This document shows, one piece after another, positions 49,321 through 61,902 of a stretch of DNA of 64,000 nt. The first letter of the stretch is position 1, and each line of letters begins with the position of its first letter. Source of the DNA: Eremomyces bilateralis CBS 781.70 (taxonomy: Eukaryota); assembly GCA_010015585.1 (NCBI GenBank), contig ML975176.1, one strand, 5' to 3'. The position numbers were made by a program, and so were the translations under genes. The notes under the pieces are model-generated. The model was given only the letters and a program-made list of their open reading frames with translations. It ran no database searches and had not been told where the DNA came from.

Positions 49321-49507
49321 AGCTACTGGCATGAGTGAGGGCATATCAGCGTGGCCTGGATCCTGGATTTTAGGAATAGCTAGTTCTCTGTAGCCAAGAT
49401 GGTAGACAACAATTGCTGGCAAAATAAATTAGGACGGTCTGAGACCACAGTTAGAGCATATGTATTATAAACTTTCAACGCAATACCAACCCGTTGAATA
49501 CCTGTGT

Positions 49508-50761
49508 TCACCTCTGTCCTGATGGTGCTTCATATGGGCCATATCCAGGCCGGGGGAATCGGGGAGAACCGTCGTAATTCCACGAAAACCTCTGGGCCCT
49601 GATCGTCCTGGCGGACCATCCAAAAGTCGGGTCTCTCATGCCATGGTACACAATCCAGTCTTCTGTTTCATCCGGGCTCTTGGTGAAGCTGGCATGCCCT
49701 ACACCAAAAGCTTCTTCCTCGGGGTTCTGGTAAAACACAGGTCCTTCTTCTAACTTTTTCCACGAAGAAAGATCCATAGGATCGTCTCCAACCAGCTCCA
49801 GCTGACCCAAACAGTAATTTCTGTTATCCGAGCGAGCGGCAGAGTAGATAATGAATTGCTGGCCGGTCTTTTCATTAACCAGTTGTTGAGGGGCTTCATT
49901 GGACGACATGCGAACATTGACGGTTCGATTGTACGGGGTTTTCTCCCAGGGCTTTGTAGGCGCAGAAAGAATTTGCCGCTCCTCGAGTGTAGAACTCACT
50001 GTCCAGGGATTGGACACTGTTCGAGTCAGTAAACAGATTGAACGCGAAGGCTTGCCACGTACTCTTTGTGATGCATAGATTTGCGGGCCAGGCATCGTAT
50101 TGGTTGATCCAACAGCTATAGATGTGGTACAATCCCGATTTGTGCTGGAAATAGGTTCCATCTATCGCGAATTGGTCGTAGGTGTCAAGTTGACTTTTGA
50201 AGGTATATTCGGCTTCCCATGGATGTGATACTGACCCTTCTAGAACATACATGCGGTGAAACACAGCTGGACAGTTGTAGTCGCAGAGCATGTCGACTTC
50301 AGGAATCGGACTGTCATTGTTCGGGTCGGCGGTGAATATCACGTACCAACGGTCGTCTATCGAGTGCAATTCTGGAGCCCAAATATCCGTAGAGTAATTC
50401 GTACCGGGCGGTGGAGTGAAGATTGTCCTTGACTCGGCGTTGTTCCAGTCCCTAGCTGGATGAGTAAGATCGATCAAAGATAGATTAGCGATATGGAACT
50501 TTACGTGAGCCTTGGGCTACGCAATAATTCTAGACCGTTGTTGGCCGACAGAATCATGTAGTAGAGCCCATCCTCATAAAGGAACACCCAACTAAGCCGG
50601 CGTTAGGAAAGACTTTAGCAACGATAAACCTATGTAGCTCACGGATCCGCCGCCTCCTTCTGTAGAATAGGATTGGTAAACGTCCTTGTATTGTTGGGAT
50701 GACACGCTCCTATGTCAGAGAAAACCAGAGAGGCCGTTAAAAACCAGGTCGCAAACTTCAT
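49508..50761 (-). CDS. Secreted glycoside hydrolase family 43 (arabinofuranosidase/xylosidase-like)
   Basis: Signal peptide MKFATWFLTASLVF, FTNPIL...ADP|W, DIWAPELH, FAIDGTYF, GVGHASF and WIVYHGM. Several introns. Confidence 0.9.
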
Positions 50762-51937
50762 GATGCTTTTCAACCACGCGTCAAAATGATAGAAAAGGAG
50801 GTAGAGGACATGAATAACTTGAATAAAGAAACATTTTAAAAAGGAATACAAATCGATCGGAAGCATCCAGATCATCGCTGCTTTCCGTCGTTCTGTGTCC
50901 ACCAAGCGGGGAAGGCGATCGCTACTGGAATGAATGGGTCCGGTAATGAGAGATCAAGAGCGGATGTAACCTGTCAATACCGTAGTCTTCGCGTGCAGTA
51001 GTAGCAAAATGAAGGTGTAACCCGGCAGTAACATGGAATATGAAGAACACATGAGCATAGCTTAATAGAAGAGGCTAGACCTAGCCGCGTCTGTCGTGTT
51101 CCAGCATCAGATGGAGTGAAAATACTGTGAAATGGATTATGGATAATCGAAGCCCAGATCGAAGCAAGATCGAAGCAAGTGTCGGTATCACTCTAAACAA
51201 ATTAGGTTAGACTGTAGCTACCTGCTGGCCGGGTAAATCTTGAAATCGGGGGGAAAATCTCACTAGCAATCTTCAAAATATAAATACCACCACCCGTCCT
51301 CTCCTCGGATCCCTATAACCGTCTTCTGCCTCCTCTACCATTCGATTGCCCATTTCCTCTCTTACTTCGCCCCGTCCCAATTTCGCACTTCCCACCGATT
51401 GAACTATTGCACGCACTATTTACACGGCCGAATTCCCTGCCAACCGACCTATGCGAGATTCCTTCCCCTGCCCAGTCGTTCCATTCTGTTAGGGAGGGGT
51501 ACATGTACTCTCATCTTCATCGATAATAAACACTGCGAGCCCTCATTAAGATGAGTATTAATAGCACGTGCCTTGACAGGGTCCAAATCGACAAGTTTCA
51601 TTTCTACCAGCAGTGCGTCGATCGGCTGTTCAACTTCAACGAAATACTGTTCACTGCGCGTATAAACGGACTAATTACAACTTGAACAACTGCGTCCCGG
51701 TGGTAAATATAAGGGATATCTGATCAAAGGCAAGATAGGTATCTGAATGCCCTGCGGTCGGTGCCTGTCCGAGTCATTCCTCGCGCTCGACAAGTCGGTG
51801 CCATTTGACCTAATAAAGTTCGCACAACGCATTGCGAAGATAATTCCAAGGACCCAAACGCGCCCCTGAACTCAAAGAAACTAACATCATCGACCCAAGG
51901 GTATCATTTAACGCTTCGATGGAAAAATCGCCGTCAT

Positions 51938-53040
51938 TCAAGGCTTCTGCGGCACGACCGCCGTGTCGTACTGCGGTGGCGCCTCGTAAGGGACACCACC
52001 TGGGTGTTGCCACGATTGTGCCAGGCCCGCTGGATGAAGATTGGATAGTTCCACCGTGGGGTACGGCGTAGTTGGGACAGCGCCTACATACGTAGTTGAC
52101 GTACCGGTCAAGATTTCCTTCGAATCATCTTGCTTCGAGAGTCTCCGGTAGGTGAATCGTGTCCGGCACACATACGAGATGATGGCAATGAGGATGGCGA
52201 CGAAGACGGCGCCGACCGCAATGCCGACGATAGCACCAGCGGGCAGCTTCTTTCTTGGTGGTTGTGGAAGCCTGCGGGCATCTAGATTAGCTACGGTTTT
52301 CCTTAATAGTGTTCTGCAGAATCTTACGGCGGTAGCTGAATGTTGTTATTGCGGATATAATCAACAACGGGAGTGTCCGTTGGATTCCATGCGACCACTA
52401 TCCCAGACGCTGTTATAGAGAAAACGCTTTTCGAGTTCCGGTTTGTTGTTGAGGTTTGGGACACATTATATGACGATGGCCGCACCGACGGCCATCCCGG
52501 CGTCATACTCCAGAGGTTCGTGATGGTTCTGGCAGATTGAGTACATAGTGGGTACTCGTAAGTTGTTATCCGGGTAGTCCTCCTTCCCCCCTTCGTCGTT
52601 CTTACTCTTGTAGATGTACCTTTTTCTGCTAGAAATCCTGAGGGGCAGCAAATATATCTTGATTCCTTGCCCGCCCCCGGCAATCCCGCGGTAAAACTGG
52701 CTGCGTAGATAAAGCCTGACGGACATATGCCTGGGGAGTAATATCCTACCGAGGATATGTTTTGGTCGGCGCTGGGCATTAGCTGAGCTATAGCGGTTAT
52801 CGTTGGTGATGGGGCAATGGTGGTCGTGTAGGTAGACGGCGTCAGTCCGTTGGTAGTTACAACGCTCACCGTAGGCGCAGCGGCAACGTTTGGTATGCAT
52901 TGCGGATCGTGTCCAGCGTCTTTATGATATCCAAGAAAATAAGAGTTGCCCCATGCCGTTGTCGTTGAGAGACAGGACCCTGGAGGGGTCCATTGCGAAT
53001 TGAGTACTCCTAGGGAAAGGAGAGTAAGCGTTTGAACCAT
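51938..53040 (-). CDS. Type I membrane protein with Thr-rich ectodomain (uncharacterised fungal family)
   Basis: WTPPGSC and YSPGICPSG...ICCPSG. After an intron the frame continues into the TM helix AGAIVGIAVGAVFVAILIAIISYV and a short tail containing PPQY. Confidence 0.75.
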
Positions 53041-54094
53041 CGTGGCGTTTACGCCAGGCACGAGAGTTCTGAATAGATCAAAATGCCTGGGAGGATGCCT
53101 CCTCAGATGTCCTCCGGATAGTATTTCCACGGTTGGGTCGCTGATGAGATATACTCCGATATCTCCATCGTCGCAGAGACCGACTCTACGTTCCCTTGAG
53201 CTCTTTTTAAGGTTCTGATCAAATCTGAGTCACGCGGAACCGTGGAATCACCCCTGGACTGCAATACGACCATAGCCCAAAGGTGAGAATACGTAGTATG
53301 GGGGAAACTCGGCTTCTAATCAGCCAAGATGTAAGCCTCCCGCGGATACTTTAGATCCCCGAAAAACGAAAGCTTTCTCCATTCAGCTCTCCTCCAAGCC
53401 CCAGCCATAGAGCACAGATGCAGCATGCAGTTGCCGTATTCGATCTTGGCGGGCAGATTGTCATACAGTTACAGTATCTCTCTGTCTTCGATCCCAACTT
53501 CAACACCACAACGTGTCGCCAATACCGGCGGGTGTGTGTGCAAAAGTAAGTTCGCTGAAAATTCTAATTAGGTAGCGAAGGGTAGAATCGGTGATATTAA
53601 TATTTAATACCAGAGCTTGAGTTACTATATAGACCACAAGTACTACCGTGGTCCATGGAGGAGGCGTTTCTTGGCTCGTTCGAACTTCGAACGAATGCGG
53701 CTCTGCCAAGTACCAAGTGCCAACCCATGGGTCGTGACCCACTTCTCCCGTTATTCCCAGAATGGAATAATAGCAGCTTACATAGTACGTCCATGTCATG
53801 ATACGTTCGTACCCCTACCGTGCCTGTTGGCCAACCACCTACTTGGCCAACCACCTACTTGGCCAGTATCACCATCTTCACCACCATCACCAAACGCGTA
53901 ATTAATATCTCAACCACCATATCATATTACGATGTCAATTCAGAGGAGATACTCCTACAGGCCATTAATGCCTTACAGACCGGTCAATGCAAATCACAAA
54001 ACGAAGCTGCGGCCCTATTCAACGTCAATCGAGCTACGCTTCAAAACCGCCTCGAGGGCATGTAATCGCGCTCTACAGCTCAACAATCGAACCA

Positions 54095-54407
54095 TGTAAC
54101 GAGTCAAACTGCACGCCTTTCGGATTGATACCTTTGGGAGAAGATATTGGTGGCCTTGTGGACTGCCGATAGATGAAGTATGTCGTCTAACCGTTGACAG
54201 TACACGCGAGGTTACTCCAGGGAGTCGAGCACTATGTAGGACGGATTTCTCTCCTCTTTCTCTTCTTCCTTTCCTTCTTCTTTTCCTTCTTCTTTTCCTT
54301 CTTCTTTTCCTTCTTCTTTTCCTTCTTCTTCATCTTTCGTTTGGTCCGATACTAGCTAGAATACAATAGCCATGTTCTAAAAGGCTCCCCTTCTACGCAT
54401 CATGACA
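54095..54407. mobile_element. Probable solo LTR (313 bp) inserted in the degenerate pogo element
   Basis: Non-pogo sequence with termini TGTAACGA...TCATGACA (TG...CA, imperfect short inverted repeat). No TSD (aacca vs tctag). Confidence 0.65.
54271..54330 (+). repeat. Perfect tandem repeat (TTCCTTCTTCTT)x5 in a polypyrimidine tract
   Basis: Five exact 12-bp units read directly from the sequence. Confidence 0.95.
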
Positions 54408-55664
54408 TCTAGAATCAGTCTGCAACCGCTCGCTATCTCAAAGCAAACGTTATCTAGAAAGGTGTGTCTCTACAAGCTGCTTGGCTCCCCAAACAACCTC
54501 CAGACTGCCATTATGTGGTATCCAAACGGATGGACTTCAGATAAACACGCGTAGGTATGGCTTCCTACGGTTTCCATCCCTGAAACCGCTACAGAGCGAC
54601 GGTACAGGATCCTACTCATGGACGGGCACGGAAGCCACGCAGTCATCGATCTTCTACTCTATACGAATGCAGGATAAATGACGTGATTGTGATCTTTCTA
54701 CTTGCGCATACCTCCCATATCATTCAACCTCTCGATCTCGCTGCTTTTCACCTCTAAACGCTTCTACAAGGCCCTCCTCCGCCAAAGTGCGTATACCGAC
54801 GAGGCACTACCGATTAAACGATGTAGATTCACTGTCCTCTATGCGGAGGCGCGTCGGGCACGCCTAACCGACCGTACAATCAGATCAGGATGGAAGGCTG
54901 CAGGTTTTATACCGTGGGACCCGTCAAAAGGCTTCAATAACCGGTTCGTGGTGCCGCCCACGCCTACCGAAACCGGATCCTCAATTTCAACTCCAAACAC
55001 GCCTCCACGCACCCCAATACCAGTCCCCCTAGTCCTCCAGACGACGCCCTACAAGCCCAAACAAATACAGAGTGCATTGCGCGTTCTTAGCAAGAATACA
55101 CGCGTGGCGAAAGCGACCAAGTCGTACCTAGAGAAGGCAGTCAAGGCAGTCGGATTGCTACTGGCGCGTCAGGCTGCGTCAGATCTGAAAATCGCTTTTC
55201 TCCAGGCCCGCCTAGATGCCGCCACAGCCCCAAAACGGAAGAAGAAGGTTCAGATAGATCTTAATGTTAAGTTCGCACACATTCAAGAGATCAAACCAGT
55301 GCAAGAGGCGGTACAGCATCTAGAGGCAAATATCCTACTAGAAAAGACTATTCCCGTGTTTAATTATCAATATAATTACGTGGTGGTAGAGATATCACGG
55401 TTTTCATGATAGTGGTTAAGACGGCAGGATGGTGATACTGGCCAAGTAGGCGGTTGGAACAAGCAGGGGTTCGAACAGGTATTTGCCTAATCCCAACCCC
55501 CTGCGCAACACTAACCGGACACACCCTGCGGGGACAAATTTTATGAGAACGACAGTACAAATATATCCACTTCCCACTCAAATCTTCGTCAGGTGTGTTA
55601 ACAATTGAGTCATACCTACCTCCTTCCGAATGGGTTTTCATCGACACGTCGAGGATGCTGATTG

Positions 55665-57176
55665 ATGCTCTTCCGCTTCCCTTGCCGTTCACTGCGCCGT
55701 CTCAATGTCGCCGCATCATCATTCCGTCTCCCTTCGACTCGACCAACGATAACCGGCGGCCCAACGACTTCCACCATGTCAAATGAGGCCTCACTTCGGG
55801 ATGGCCAATCGGCTTACAAGACTCGAGTCTTGCGCGTAGACCCCTCAAGAGCTGGGTGTTTGAAAGCTCGACCCGGGCGTTTCTCCTCGCAAGACGATCT
55901 CCAAGTCGAATGGCATCGCGACACTGTGGACTATGAGAGCCTGACGACTGCCGTCGACCTTCTACACAATACCGACGTACCTGTCGCATTCCCTACCGAA
56001 ACCGTCTATGGGCTTGGTGCCGATGCGACGAGAACGGGTGCCGTCCAAGGTATCTATACTGCAAAGCAAAGACCCAGCGACAACCCACTCATCGTGCATG
56101 TTTGCAGCCTCAAGCAACTGCGAAGGTTGTTACCGCCGTCGAATGGCGGCGATGATTACGAACCGATACCCAAGATATATCGAGCCTTGATTCAACGGTT
56201 CTGGCCCGGACCGTTAACGATCATCCTTCCTACTACCGACCAAAGCGAATGGCGCCTATCACCCTTCACAACTGCAAAGTTGCATACATTTGGTGCCCGG
56301 ATGCCTTCGTCGCCTCTTGCCCTTCTTCTTCTCAAACTCTGCGATTTACCGCTCGCTGCCCCATCAGCGAACGCATCCACACGTCCCTCTCCTACATTGG
56401 CCGAACATGTGTTTGAAGATCTGAATGGAAGGATCCAGCTGATCCTAGATGGAGGACCTTCTAATGTTGGTGTGGAAAGCACGGTGGTCGACGGACTCTC
56501 CGATGGCGGTCCTGTAGTCCTTCGGCCGGGAGGGGTGTCCGTCGCTATGTTAAGAGAATGCGAAGGGTGGGAAAATGTACGAGTGGCATACAAGGACAAA
56601 GCGGAGGGGGATACGGAGGAGAACGATCAGGCCATCTCAAGAAGCATGCCTCGAGCACCGGGCATGAAATACCGACATTATTCGCCTCGCGCGAAGGTTG
56701 TCCTATTCGAACCAGGCGCTACCGCTCCGTCCATACCGGATTTGAAGAGTGCAGACTCATCGAAAGGCATCGGAATCATTAGAACAAAAGCTTGGGATAT
56801 GGATACCATCCTAAGGTCCGGATCTTCCGAAGACGGTCACTCCATGAGCCATCGGCCGGTTGAATCTACGCATAGCGTGTCTTCCCGAAGTTCGATATCT
56901 GCAGAGACTGGTGCTCACGATGCAGTCGTGAAGCCATTAGTGCTGAAACGTCATAACCTCTTCCTTGAAGGCGCTGCTCATCCAGTTGCCCTTTGGGATG
57001 TTGATATTGGCCCAGGCATGGAGGACATTGCGCGTGGCTTGTTTGCCGCATTTCGCGAACTAGACCAGAAACAGGTTGATACGATACTCGTTGAGGGTAT
57101 CGACTCCACGGATGATACACTTGCAGGAGCCATCATGAACCGTGTGCGGAAGGCCGCGGAACTCAAGATCTCCTGA
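55665..57176 (+). CDS. SUA5: Threonylcarbamoyl-AMP synthase (Sua5/TsaC)
   Basis: VAFPTETVYGLGADA, KQRPSDNPLIVHV, FWPGPLT, APSANAS, GVESTVVD, APGMKYRHYSP and AIMNRVRKAA. Confidence 0.96.
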   Translation: MLFRFPCRSLRRLNVAASSFRLPSTRPTITGGPTTSTMSNEASLRDGQSAYKTRVLRVDPSRAGCLKARPGRFSSQDDLQVEWHRDTVDYESLTTAVDLLHNTDVPVAFPTETVYGLGADATRTGAVQGIYTAKQRPSDNPLIVHVCSLKQLRRLLPPSNGGDDYEPIPKIYRALIQRFWPGPLTIILPTTDQSEWRLSPFTTAKLHTFGARMPSSPLALLLLKLCDLPLAAPSANASTRPSPTLAEHVFEDLNGRIQLILDGGPSNVGVESTVVDGLSDGGPVVLRPGGVSVAMLRECEGWENVRVAYKDKAEGDTEENDQAISRSMPRAPGMKYRHYSPRAKVVLFEPGATAPSIPDLKSADSSKGIGIIRTKAWDMDTILRSGSSEDGHSMSHRPVESTHSVSSRSSISAETGAHDAVVKPLVLKRHNLFLEGAAHPVALWDVDIGPGMEDIARGLFAAFRELDQKQVDTILVEGIDSTDDTLAGAIMNRVRKAAELKIS

Positions 57177-57937
57177 TCCGAGTCTACGATGCACCCACCT
57201 TTTATGACCCGTGCATCTCTCTCCTCTCCTGCCGAGTCGCTCGCCATCAAGCTCTATCAGATCATGAACCACGAGGCTAATTAACATAATTGCCTGTACA
57301 AAAATTTTTTGGATGGGGTGTCGTTCGCCGAGACACGCAATGTGATGATTCCAATCAACACAAAATAGGTGAGTGACAGCTTGCTCCTCACGCTACACCA
57401 CTATTCGGATTGGTTTGCTCGGTAGCAATGAGAAATGGTAACGGTTCCTTTACACTCGGAAGCTTTGGAGAAAGGAGAGGAGCATTCCGTTGCTACGGCT
57501 CTGGTGCCCCTTCCCAACGCATTTCGTGTCCACTCGTGGCAATGATCCCTTCAGAGATACTCTGAGTCATCATTCTGAGTCAAAATTTCCGACCTTTGGC
57601 TTGCATAGGCATCTCACAAACTACCTCAGTGTTCCTAGTATCTACTGTGAATCGAGCACGCAGCAGAAAGGTGTCGTTGTCCTTTGCGGGGTAGCATTGA
57701 TGTTTTTAAGTTAGATTAGATGTCAAGACTGTAACCGGATAGATACATCAGTTATAGAAACACCACTTTCGAAGTACGTGTAACGGCAAGTCCACTCCTA
57801 GCTTTGAGAGTTATTTGTACCATGTGAGGTTGCAAGCCTTCGACATCAGTCGCTGCCATACCACGTCTACCACCGGAATCTATCACTAGCGCTCAACAAG
57901 ACCCGATTCAATTGCAGGAATTCGGGGACAAGTGACC

Positions 57938-58903
57938 ATGAAGGGAGTGTTCAATATTGCATTCCGAATTATAACACACAACATTCGGTATGCTGTTTCT
58001 ACGCCGTCGCCTGGAGAAGTGGCATGGAATCTTCGAGTGCCCGGTATAATCAACGAACTTCATTTCAACACACTATACAACCCAGAAGCATTCATATGCT
58101 TACAAGAAGTCCTGCACGGTCAGCTGGTGGACGTCTTGAACGGCTTGAATCGGAATCATCCATATGGCATGGGTTCCGGCTCGCCTCCATGGGCTTACAT
58201 CGGCGTTGGGCGAGACGACGGTGAAGAGGGCGGCGAATACTCCCCGATCATCTATCGACCATCTATATGGAAGTTAGAACATGCAGAAACCGTCTGGCTT
58301 TCCGAGACACCCCATAAACCATCGAAAGGATGGGATGCCGCCACGATCCGGATCCTGACCATCGGGCGCTTTCAACATCGCAAGAGCAAGGTCCGAGTGG
58401 TGACGATGAACACGCATCTTGATCACCGAGGCTCGACATCTCGGCTGGAATCTGCGAAGCTCATCGTCCGTCAGATCAAAAAGCAGATATTGAAAGGGTC
58501 GATTCCCGGTCTACGACTCAACGACAATCATCGATATAAGGAAGTTTTACCAGTGATCCTGGCCGGGGACTTCAACAGCGAACCGACACAGGAGGCATAC
58601 AAAGTCCTCACATCGGACGATTCTCCCGTGCAGGATCTGCAGAGTCTGACGGCGGACGAGAACCTTTATGGTGACAATCACACATTCACGGGATTCACTG
58701 ACGATGAGTGGCCGACGAAGCTGGACTTCTTGTTCGTCGGACCAAAGGGGTACGATGGTGGCGGGCTGGATTGGGATGTCCGGAGCTATGCAGTGCTACC
58801 GAACCGATTTGAAGCCGGTATCTATATCAGTGATCATAGAGCCGTCGTTGGTGATATTGTGCTTTCTATACCGAAGACGCGAAGATCCTTCTATCCGGGA
58901 TGA
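57938..58903 (+). CDS. Endonuclease/exonuclease/phosphatase (EEP) family protein
   Basis: THNIRY, CLQEV, GVGRDDG...GEYSPI, MNTHLD, LAGDFNS, LDFLFV and SDHRAV motifs. Confidence 0.9.
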   Translation: MKGVFNIAFRIITHNIRYAVSTPSPGEVAWNLRVPGIINELHFNTLYNPEAFICLQEVLHGQLVDVLNGLNRNHPYGMGSGSPPWAYIGVGRDDGEEGGEYSPIIYRPSIWKLEHAETVWLSETPHKPSKGWDAATIRILTIGRFQHRKSKVRVVTMNTHLDHRGSTSRLESAKLIVRQIKKQILKGSIPGLRLNDNHRYKEVLPVILAGDFNSEPTQEAYKVLTSDDSPVQDLQSLTADENLYGDNHTFTGFTDDEWPTKLDFLFVGPKGYDGGGLDWDVRSYAVLPNRFEAGIYISDHRAVVGDIVLSIPKTRRSFYPG

Positions 58904-59341
58904 CGTCAAACGCTCAAGACATGAATTCCATCACCATCAATCAATGTGCCGTATCGGGGTGTACTACATCAGATGAATTTGCCTGGTCTGGTCTACAGTA
59001 TTAACAGGACATTGTTCTTGGACAATTGGACTTTTCTGTGGCGAGCATCTTGATGAACCGATGAAAACCTCCGAGGAAGTGACAGTTCAGTGAATTCATG
59101 ATTGTCAAATGTCACCAGATGAACGAAACACACCACAGCAGGGCTCCTCCCCTCCATGCCCCGCCTTTGGCTCGCTCCAGTCCAGTCCCGTCACCGTTGC
59201 CCACACACGCACACGGCACACACACTCAGACTCATACACTTGCCCTCACATCAAACCTCGAACAAACACACCCACAATCACTCTGTGGATTTTTGACCGC
59301 TATTCCTCACCCGCAGCGAAGAAGCTGCAACCCGAGAAATC

Positions 59342-60873
59342 ATGGCCGAAGCAGCAATTGGTTGGTTCAGTCCGCTTGTTTGATCATGTTTCTACCCGTT
59401 GCACTATCTAACAAATCCTGATCTGCAGACTACTCGTTAAATAACCCCGATACTCTGACCAAGTACAAGCAGGCGGGGCAAATCTCCCAGAAGGTCTTGG
59501 AAACCGTGTCAGGTACGCATGATTCCGGTGCCCCTCAAGTCCCTATCTCACATTTCGACAGGATGGTGCGACGAAGGCGCGAATATTGTCGAGCTCTGTG
59601 AGAAGGGTGACGCCCTCCTGGCCGAAGAGATCTCGAAGGTCTACAAAGGCAAGAAGACCGTCAAGGGATTCGCCCATCCGACCACCGTTTCGCCGAGCTC
59701 ATACGTCACCCCCTATACGCCACTCAAGTCGGAGGAGGAAGAGGCCAGCAGGACCTTGAAGGCTGGAGAAGTCGTCAAGATCCAGCTGGGAGCACAGATC
59801 GATGGATTTGGCACCATTGTCTGCGACTCGGTCGTGGTTGGAGCCAAAGGAGCCGAGATCTCCGGAAGAGAAGCAGATCTTTTCCTGGCCACACACTATG
59901 CGAATGAGCTCCTGCTGAGGCTTATGCTCCCGCCGGGAATCCTTACCGCGGGAACCGATGAGGAGAAGAAGAAGGCATCCGCGCAGAAAGCTCCCACGCA
60001 GACCAAGATCAATCAGATGCTGGACAAAGTGGTGAAGGCCTACGGATGCAACATCGTGGACAGCACCACCAGCTGGCTTTTCGACCGCAACGAGATCGAG
60101 AGCAAGAAGAAGATCATCCTGGCACCCGGCGACGGATTGAAGGGCGAGGGCCTGCCGGAAATCGGCGAAGTATGGGGCGTGGAGATCGGCGTCAGCTTGG
60201 GCAGCGGCAAAATCAAGAACCTGGCCGATCGCACCACGCTGCACCGGAAGACGGACACGCGGTTCGATCTCAAGAGACCGAGTTCGCGGGCCACGATCAA
60301 TGAGATCAAGGAGAAGTTTGGGACGTTCCCGTTCAGCTTGCGCCAACTCGATGACGAACGAGCGGCGAAGATCGGAGTCATGGAATGTGTCCGTGGGAAT
60401 GTGGTTCGACAGTACGAAGTGGTCGCAGATAAAGACAACGAGCCAGTTGCCCGCCTCTTCACGACAGTGTGTAAGTTTGCTGCTTCCTATATCGGTTCTC
60501 GGATTCATTCTGTCGGGCTACGGAGCGGGTTTCTGAACCAGTCTTGGTGACCACTGGCACCAACTGGCGGCTAAGAAACGTGCCATGCCCCATATCAATT
60601 TGCTCGTGATTTTAACGGGCTCTTAATGACTAACGATTGACAGCGATAACGAAGAATGGGATGACCCGTCTCAGCGCCCCTCCGACGTTGGATGTGACCA
60701 AATTCAAGACGGACAAGAAGATCGACGACGAGGAAGTCCTCAAGATCCTCGAGCAACCGATCTCCAAGGTCAGCACCTCGAAGAGCAAGAAGAAGAAGCC
60801 CAAGAAGAAGGCGGCCAAGAAGGCAGTTGAAGAGGAGGAGGACGACGATGAGGATGACGATGACGATGAGTAG
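59342..60873 (+). CDS. CDB4: Curved DNA-binding protein Cdb4 / PA2G4 (EBP1)-like M24 fold protein
   Basis: DYSLNNPDTLTKYK, LCEKGD, VVKIQLGAQIDGF, KFGTFPFSLRQL, and a C-terminal Lys-rich then acidic tail. Three introns. Confidence 0.9.
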
Positions 60874-61902
60874 GCGAGTTCGTCGAGAAGCAGTACATCT
60901 GATGCTATCGACCCCGACCTCCTTTGGTGTCTTCCTCACGAATGCAGGGCTTCTGAGACGAGAACTTCCAGGACCATGTGATCATCGCTTCAAGGCCGAA
61001 TGAATGGCAACGGGTTGCGAAGATAACGACGTAACATAGAAATATCCGGTAGCAAAAATCAATGGAACTGTTGAGTGATGCAGCATTCTCAGCTCTCTAT
61101 TACTCTGCTCACCATACCGCGCTCTCTTGCTTGCTCTAGCACCGACTGAGGGACCTTCACGCCTCCACATGTGAGCCTAGATTCGCCACTTGGATGAATT
61201 CTAATCAGTCATGATAAAGTGAATATTTCATTTCCAGTACATATCGTCACATTTGATTGATCAGTATCGACTTGCATCATCAAATCTTCACTTTTTCCGT
61301 TGTAATCCGCATCCATCCCGCCTGGTTAGGACGACCCAAGGGTGATCTCAGGACTCAGGGGAACCGGCTCAGCAGCCCTTTTTTTCATGGGATGGCATGT
61401 GAGCGACACCAAGGAAAAGGGGAAACTCGATAAGATCCTAAAGATCAAGATCTTTCATCTCTCTTCATTCAAGACTAAATCAATCATTACCAAAAATCTC
61501 TCCGCACATAAGTGGCGTTGGACGGTACCGAAGAACGGAAAAAACAGTATTAGGAGCCAAAGGGTGAACGGAGTTTGGTGGAAGGGTTTGGTGGAAGCGC
61601 AGGGGGAGACGCAGTGCGGCGGCACCCTCAGGCTCTAACACACTCCGGCGGGAGATTATTGCGCAGCCGCAGCACTCCTTCTTTTCCATCCCTCACCACT
61701 GCACTCACCACTTCTCTTCTTCAACTCAAACCCCGTATCCTCCCCCCAACTCATGGAAACGCGGCACCACCCACCACCACGTATCGCATACAACAATTTG
61801 ACTGAGTAGTGTGTGGCCAGGTAATTCTCCCCTTCCCTTTCGGTCCGGCTACGCAGACTAACCCTTCACCAGGATTGCGGCGTGCCCCCGTTCCAGCGAA
61901 AC

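Larger units (their letters stand above)
53932..55360 (+). pseudogene. Pogo transposase pseudogene
   Basis: 1-bp deletion right after the ATG, CAA>TAA at 54063, further frameshifts. Residual peptide KRFYKALLRQSAY...KKKVQID matches the intact copy. Confidence 0.9.
53804..55477 (+). mobile_element. Degenerate copy of the pogo/Fot1 element at 18534-20345
   Basis: Decayed TIRs (53804-53878 with an extra 16-bp ttggccaaccacctac unit; right end ...gcaggggttcgaac at 55476). Transposase with frameshifts and stops, and an internal deletion at the LTR-like insert. Confidence 0.9.

Noticed and set aside
60471..60643. Longer-than-usual CDB4 intron as a possible snoRNA host
   Set aside because: No convincing C/D (RUGAUGA...CUGA) or H/ACA arrangement visible by eye; an Rfam/snoscan search would be needed.
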